A stretch of 64,000 nt of DNA from Vitrella brassicaformis CCMP3155 (taxonomy: Eukaryota > Protista > Chromerida): positions 1 to 64,000 of the forward strand of contig CDMY01000840.1 of assembly GCA_001179505.1 (NCBI GenBank), read 5' to 3'. Shown here one piece after another: positions 59,945 to 64,000 of this stretch; the first letter of the stretch is position 1, and each line of letters begins with the position of its first letter. The position numbers and the translations under genes were made by a program. The notes under the pieces are model-generated. The model was not told the origin of the DNA and searched no databases. It worked only from the letters and a program-made list of their open reading frames with translations.

Positions 59945-62407
59945 ATGAGCAGTCATCGCGGCCCTCCCCGGCCACAGAACCGCCCTCCCGCGTCACAGTC
60001 CTTCCAGCACCTCTACCAGCATGCCCGCCCCGGCAGAGCTCGACCGCCGGCTTTAATCCCACGCACGTCCCAGCAACGTGCAGGAGCCATGATATCGGCC
60101 AACGTCAAGAGCGAGCCCACAGACAACCACATGCCCCCTGCCCCGCCGCCCAGGCCGACGCAGCCCGCACCGAAGGCGCCATACCGTCACCCCAGCGGCA
60201 CACAGCCGGGTGGAGCTGGTGTTGGTGGGCAGAATCAGCCCTCCCAACAGCAGCACCGCCACAACCAGCAGCAGCAGCAGCAACAGACGGCTGCAAGCCA
60301 GGGGTATGCGCCGCCGCCCAGACAGCCCAATAACAGTGCTGCCGGCCGGCCCCCTGCTCCTCCCTCTGGGACCTTTGTTGGCACCCAGCAGCAGCAGCAG
60401 CAGCGAGGCGCCAGCCTCACGGCAAAGCTTCCCATGCAGAATGGCACAGAGGCCGTCGATGGCAAGCCGGAGGTCAAGACCACCACAGCAGTGGTGCAGC
60501 GTGACGACAAGAAGGGCAGTGGAGTGGGGGTGGGTACCGGTCTCACAGCCCCATTCATGGCCCGTAGTGGCGAGCAAGAGATCACCTTCAGTGAGCTAGA
60601 GGCGGCGTTCCGCCCTTTGGTGTGGCCGCCCGACCCCATCGTGGCCAACAACATCCGGCTGGTGCTGCGGCAGCTGGTCGACGCTTCCCACAACCGGCGC
60701 AAGATGAATAGTGAGGACCAGAAGGCCAAGGCCGCCCCCCACCACCCCCACCCCCACCCACACATGGACAGAGAAGACAAGAAACGGGAGCACCAGAACC
60801 TCACCCACTTGCGCAGCTTCCTCTCCGAGCGGCTGATGGTGGCCGACCTGGCGGGCATCGCGGCCATCACCCGCGCCCTGGCGTCGTTCCGCCACCTGGG
60901 GGGACGGCTGACGGCCCTGCTGCTCATCAGCAAGGCGCCAGTGGCCCGGGGGGGCGCCTTCATCGACTTCACATCGACCATCAGCTCGCAGATGTCGGCC
61001 GCCAGCGGCGTGTCCATGGCAAGCCAGGCCAGCGGCGGCAGCATAGGCGGCGGTAGCGGGGGTATGGGGCCAGTTATGGTCACGGGTCTGCTGCGGCAGC
61101 TGATCGAGGCCGTCGGCAGCCACCACGACCTCTCAGAGCTCCAGACGCCCTCGCCGAGGCCGACGGGGGCGCCGCAGAACAACACCCGTGACGTCGAGCT
61201 CATGCCGCCCCCACCCATCCCTCTGCAATTCCTCAAACGACCAGCAGCACCAGCGGCAGCAGCACCAGCGGCAGCAGCGGCAGCCACCACCACCACCACC
61301 ACGGCAGACACAGGCATGTCGCTGGTGCCGTACAGTGAGATGATGGGAGGGGGAGGGGGGCAGCGGGCCAGCGGCAGCACCACCCGTGGCAGCTCTCCCG
61401 TCATGACTGTGACCAACGACCTGGCGTCACTCGAGGCCATCTTCGCCGACCTGGCCCTGCTGTGCGGCGACCTTGCGCGTGCTGGCCACGAGCCGAGTGT
61501 GGTGGCCCTGCTCGACGCGCCATTCATCGCCAAGTGGCTCTCCCCGGCCACCAAGATGGCCGTCCGCGGTCCCGCCCCCCGCCCCGCCATGACCGCCACA
61601 CACAAGGGCTACCCCGGCACCAGCTACTGGCATGTGCGTGTGCAGCTGATGAAGCTCTTCAACCACGTGTGGGGCCACTGCAAGAAGCAGACCGACAAGG
61701 TGGAGGCGCCCGAGCCGGCCATTGTGCTGACGGCCATGGCGCAGTGGATGTCGCCGTCATTTGCAGAGTGGGCCGAGGGCAACCCGCAGTGGGCAGTGGG
61801 ACCGACGCCGGCAAATAGCCGAAACCACCGGGAGGGTGTGGAAGGGGCGGCAGTGGCCAAGGCGATCGACGCCATGCGGGAGGCCGCCTTGGCGGCCTGT
61901 CTGCGAGCCATCCGGCTCACCAACGTCCCCTCTGCCATCCTCAAGCGGACCCCCCCGCCGATTCACAACGGAGAGCGCCCCCCCACCATCCTGCAGACAC
62001 TCGTGGGCACGCTGAGAGACGAGCTGGAGCGACTCGAGGACGCGTGTGGCGGCGGGGAGCCCATGAGCGACATGGACGACACCGCCACCCACTCGGAGTC
62101 CATGGTCCGGCACTGCCTGGAGGGTCTCGGCCTATGGGCGTCGGACATCCTCGAGCCGCAGTTCCGCCAGGACAGCACCGAGGGCAGCAGGAGGAGGGCG
62201 GGGGCCGGCAGCGAGAAGGACAAGTGTCGGCTGGAGGACCTGGGCGAGATGGTGGTCGACCTGGACCGCATTGTGGGGCTGGCCACGGACCACTTGGGCG
62301 AGGAACGGCTCCTGGCTGAGATGCGCTCCCATGTGCTGCTGCTGGTGAGGGTGCTGGAGCAAGACGCTACAACGGGCGATGGAGGCGATGACATGGACAC
62401 ATCTTAG
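59945..62407 (+). CDS. Hypothetical 820-aa protein, single exon, with a Q/P-rich N-terminus and a helical C-terminal half
   Basis: Uninterrupted ATG-to-stop ORF with GC-rich codon usage; no family recognised. Confidence 0.8.
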   Translation: MSSHRGPPRPQNRPPASQSFQHLYQHARPGRARPPALIPRTSQQRAGAMISANVKSEPTDNHMPPAPPPRPTQPAPKAPYRHPSGTQPGGAGVGGQNQPSQQQHRHNQQQQQQQTAASQGYAPPPRQPNNSAAGRPPAPPSGTFVGTQQQQQQRGASLTAKLPMQNGTEAVDGKPEVKTTTAVVQRDDKKGSGVGVGTGLTAPFMARSGEQEITFSELEAAFRPLVWPPDPIVANNIRLVLRQLVDASHNRRKMNSEDQKAKAAPHHPHPHPHMDREDKKREHQNLTHLRSFLSERLMVADLAGIAAITRALASFRHLGGRLTALLLISKAPVARGGAFIDFTSTISSQMSAASGVSMASQASGGSIGGGSGGMGPVMVTGLLRQLIEAVGSHHDLSELQTPSPRPTGAPQNNTRDVELMPPPPIPLQFLKRPAAPAAAAPAAAAAATTTTTTADTGMSLVPYSEMMGGGGGQRASGSTTRGSSPVMTVTNDLASLEAIFADLALLCGDLARAGHEPSVVALLDAPFIAKWLSPATKMAVRGPAPRPAMTATHKGYPGTSYWHVRVQLMKLFNHVWGHCKKQTDKVEAPEPAIVLTAMAQWMSPSFAEWAEGNPQWAVGPTPANSRNHREGVEGAAVAKAIDAMREAALAACLRAIRLTNVPSAILKRTPPPIHNGERPPTILQTLVGTLRDELERLEDACGGGEPMSDMDDTATHSESMVRHCLEGLGLWASDILEPQFRQDSTEGSRRRAGAGSEKDKCRLEDLGEMVVDLDRIVGLATDHLGEERLLAEMRSHVLLLVRVLEQDATTGDGGDDMDTS

Positions 62408-62925
62408 TTAGTGGGGGTCAAGAGGCAGCGAGCGGTGCCATTGATACAATGAGGTGCGTGCGCAGGGTGGGAGGAGAGAGGGGGACGCGACGCGCACCTT
62501 ACAATTACTGACGTGTGTGTGTGTGTGTGTGTGTTTGTGCAGGTAGAACGGTGATGTTGAGGTGTGTAGCTATACTACACATAGCTTGTGCAGATCGATG
62601 CAGACGGCATTCCTGTTGGTTGCCCCGTCCGTTGTGTGTGATTTGGTGGTGTGTGCTGTGTGAGCCGGCCTCAATGCAGCGTGTGCACTGCCATGTCCGA
62701 CGGATCGGGTACACACACCGGATTGCTTGCTGCAATGGGTGGACAGGCCTGACCATCAATTGTCTTCTCTCATTGCATGGCGTGAATGAATGCACACACC
62801 GCCGACCATTCTCGTCCCAAACGCATCTCCATTCATGGAATCCAATCCTCGCAGCTCCAAAAGCTCGCGGGACCCTTCTCAAGTTTTTTCTGACAGTTCC
62901 ATTCCAGTGTTTTCTTTCCCCCGCC

Positions 62926-63810
62926 ATGGGTGATTTTATGGTGATATGCGATGGCATCCAGTCCCCCCTCCTCGCAGATCAGCACCCCCGCCCGAAGCTG
63001 CGCAGCCGCATGCGACGCATCACAATGGCGGTTGCCGTGACGACGGTCCTGGTGGTGGTCGTGATGCAGACCAGCAGCAGCAGCATTATGGGAGGACGGC
63101 CGTCACAGCCACACTCAGATGGTGAGGGATCTCGCTGTGTTGACGGTGGGAGAGGTGTTTGTTCACTGTCTGTGCTGTGCATGTCCGCAGCGGCTGAGGG
63201 AGGTGTGTCGTCGTCCATTGCAGCCACAGCGGACATCGACTTGTCGGCGGCGAATGAGAGCGATGCAGGTAGCAAGAGCATGATGCAGTTTGCAAGTACG
63301 TCCAGCCAGACCCTTTCCCCGTCTGTCTGTCTGTTTGTCTGTCTGTCTGAAACATGCGCTTCTTCAGGCAAGAGCTGGATTGCCGCCCTTGTCGACTTCT
63401 GCATCGACCAGCTCTCGCGCGTCCTCTCGCGCCCCGTCGTCCTCTACCCACTCATAGCACTCATCGCCCTCCCCTTGATCGCCCTCACTATCGCATACAC
63501 CTCCTCCCTCTGCCGTCGACGACGCGCCTCACGCGCACCACCCACCCCAGAAGACGACAAAGCAGAAGGAGACGACGGCGAGGGAGAGGAGGCCAAAGGC
63601 TGTGGTGGTGGTCCACGAATGGTGGCCTTCAGTGACCGCACCACCTGCCACAGCGGCAGCTATGACGCATCGTCGATCGGGTCGGTGGAGGGAGAGGGCG
63701 GCGGGGGCGGGCTGAGGGTGAGTGCGCCGACGCGGCAGCTGCTGAGCGCACCGAACGGGTCGCCTGCCCTGTCCCAGACCTCACAGGTGTCCAAGAAATC
63801 ACGACGGTGA
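62926..63810 (+). CDS. Hypothetical membrane protein (signal-anchor plus one TM helix, acidic/Ser-rich tail)
   Basis: Hydrophobic ITMAVAVTTVLVVVVM and VVLYPLIALIALPLIALTIAY followed by RRRR; probable short introns inside the ORF-track frame. Confidence 0.55.
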   Translation: MGDFMVICDGIQSPLLADQHPRPKLRSRMRRITMAVAVTTVLVVVVMQTSSSSIMGGRPSQPHSDGEGSRCVDGGRGVCSLSVLCMSAAAEGGVSSSIAATADIDLSAANESDAGSKSMMQFASTSSQTLSPSVCLFVCLSETCASSGKSWIAALVDFCIDQLSRVLSRPVVLYPLIALIALPLIALTIAYTSSLCRRRRASRAPPTPEDDKAEGDDGEGEEAKGCGGGPRMVAFSDRTTCHSGSYDASSIGSVEGEGGGGGLRVSAPTRQLLSAPNGSPALSQTSQVSKKSRR

Positions 63811-63949
63811 GCGAGACGGGCAGGGGTGAGCGAGATGGGCCGGAGATACCAGTGTTTCCCCCTCTCTCTCTGGTGGTGTAAGGTCGTGGGTGCATGTGGA
63901 GTCTGACGCCGGTGAGGCTTTGACGCCCCCGGCCTCCCCGCCCCGCCCC

Positions 63950-64000
63950 ATGGGCGGCGTGTTCAAGACCATCGGCCGCATGCTCAGCTTCGGCCGACTG
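63950..64000 (+). CDS. Probable 5' end of a gene with an N-myristoylation-type amphipathic start (ARF/ARL-like?); truncated by the window
   Basis: MGGVFKTIGRMLSFGRL; only 17 codons are visible. Confidence 0.25.
   Translation, partial: MGGVFKTIGRMLSFGRL

Noticed and set aside
1-64000. tRNA, rRNA, snRNA or spliced-leader genes
   Set aside because: No cloverleaf, rRNA or Sm-site array was recognised by eye. A tRNAscan/Infernal run would be needed to exclude them formally.

Overview
This is a eukaryotic, GC-rich, intron-rich window. The short (~70-110 nt) GT-AG introns are full of CA/TG, CCAT and CAGA microsatellites. That style, plus an alveolate-type MAP kinase and a protein with a bipartite plastid-targeting leader, suggests a chromerid alveolate such as Vitrella (inference). 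About 13 intact spliced genes can be reconstructed: F-box/LRR-like, MAPK, PX-domain, secreted H-type-lectin-repeat protein, multi-S1 plastid protein, Aurora-like non-RD kinase, CBM20 protein, FIG4/SAC phosphatase and several hypotheticals. Most sit in head-to-head pairs. Two accessory zones (~0-7.8 kb and ~36.5-47.3 kb) carry a CRE-like non-LTR retrotransposon fragment, paralogues of a lineage-specific gene family with a shared C-terminus, and two copies of a scrambled gene-fragment mosaic built around exportin-5-like exons. The two mosaic copies have reciprocal deletions, so both probably derive from a longer master elsewhere. Other highlights are a GCGAGCT motif recurring, often in pairs, in promoter spacers, and a long foldback at 53.3 kb whose single mismatches are G-U wobbles. 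No rRNA, tRNA or CRISPR array was recognised. One assembly gap lies at 37501-37800. All homology calls come from motif recognition by eye, not from database searches.
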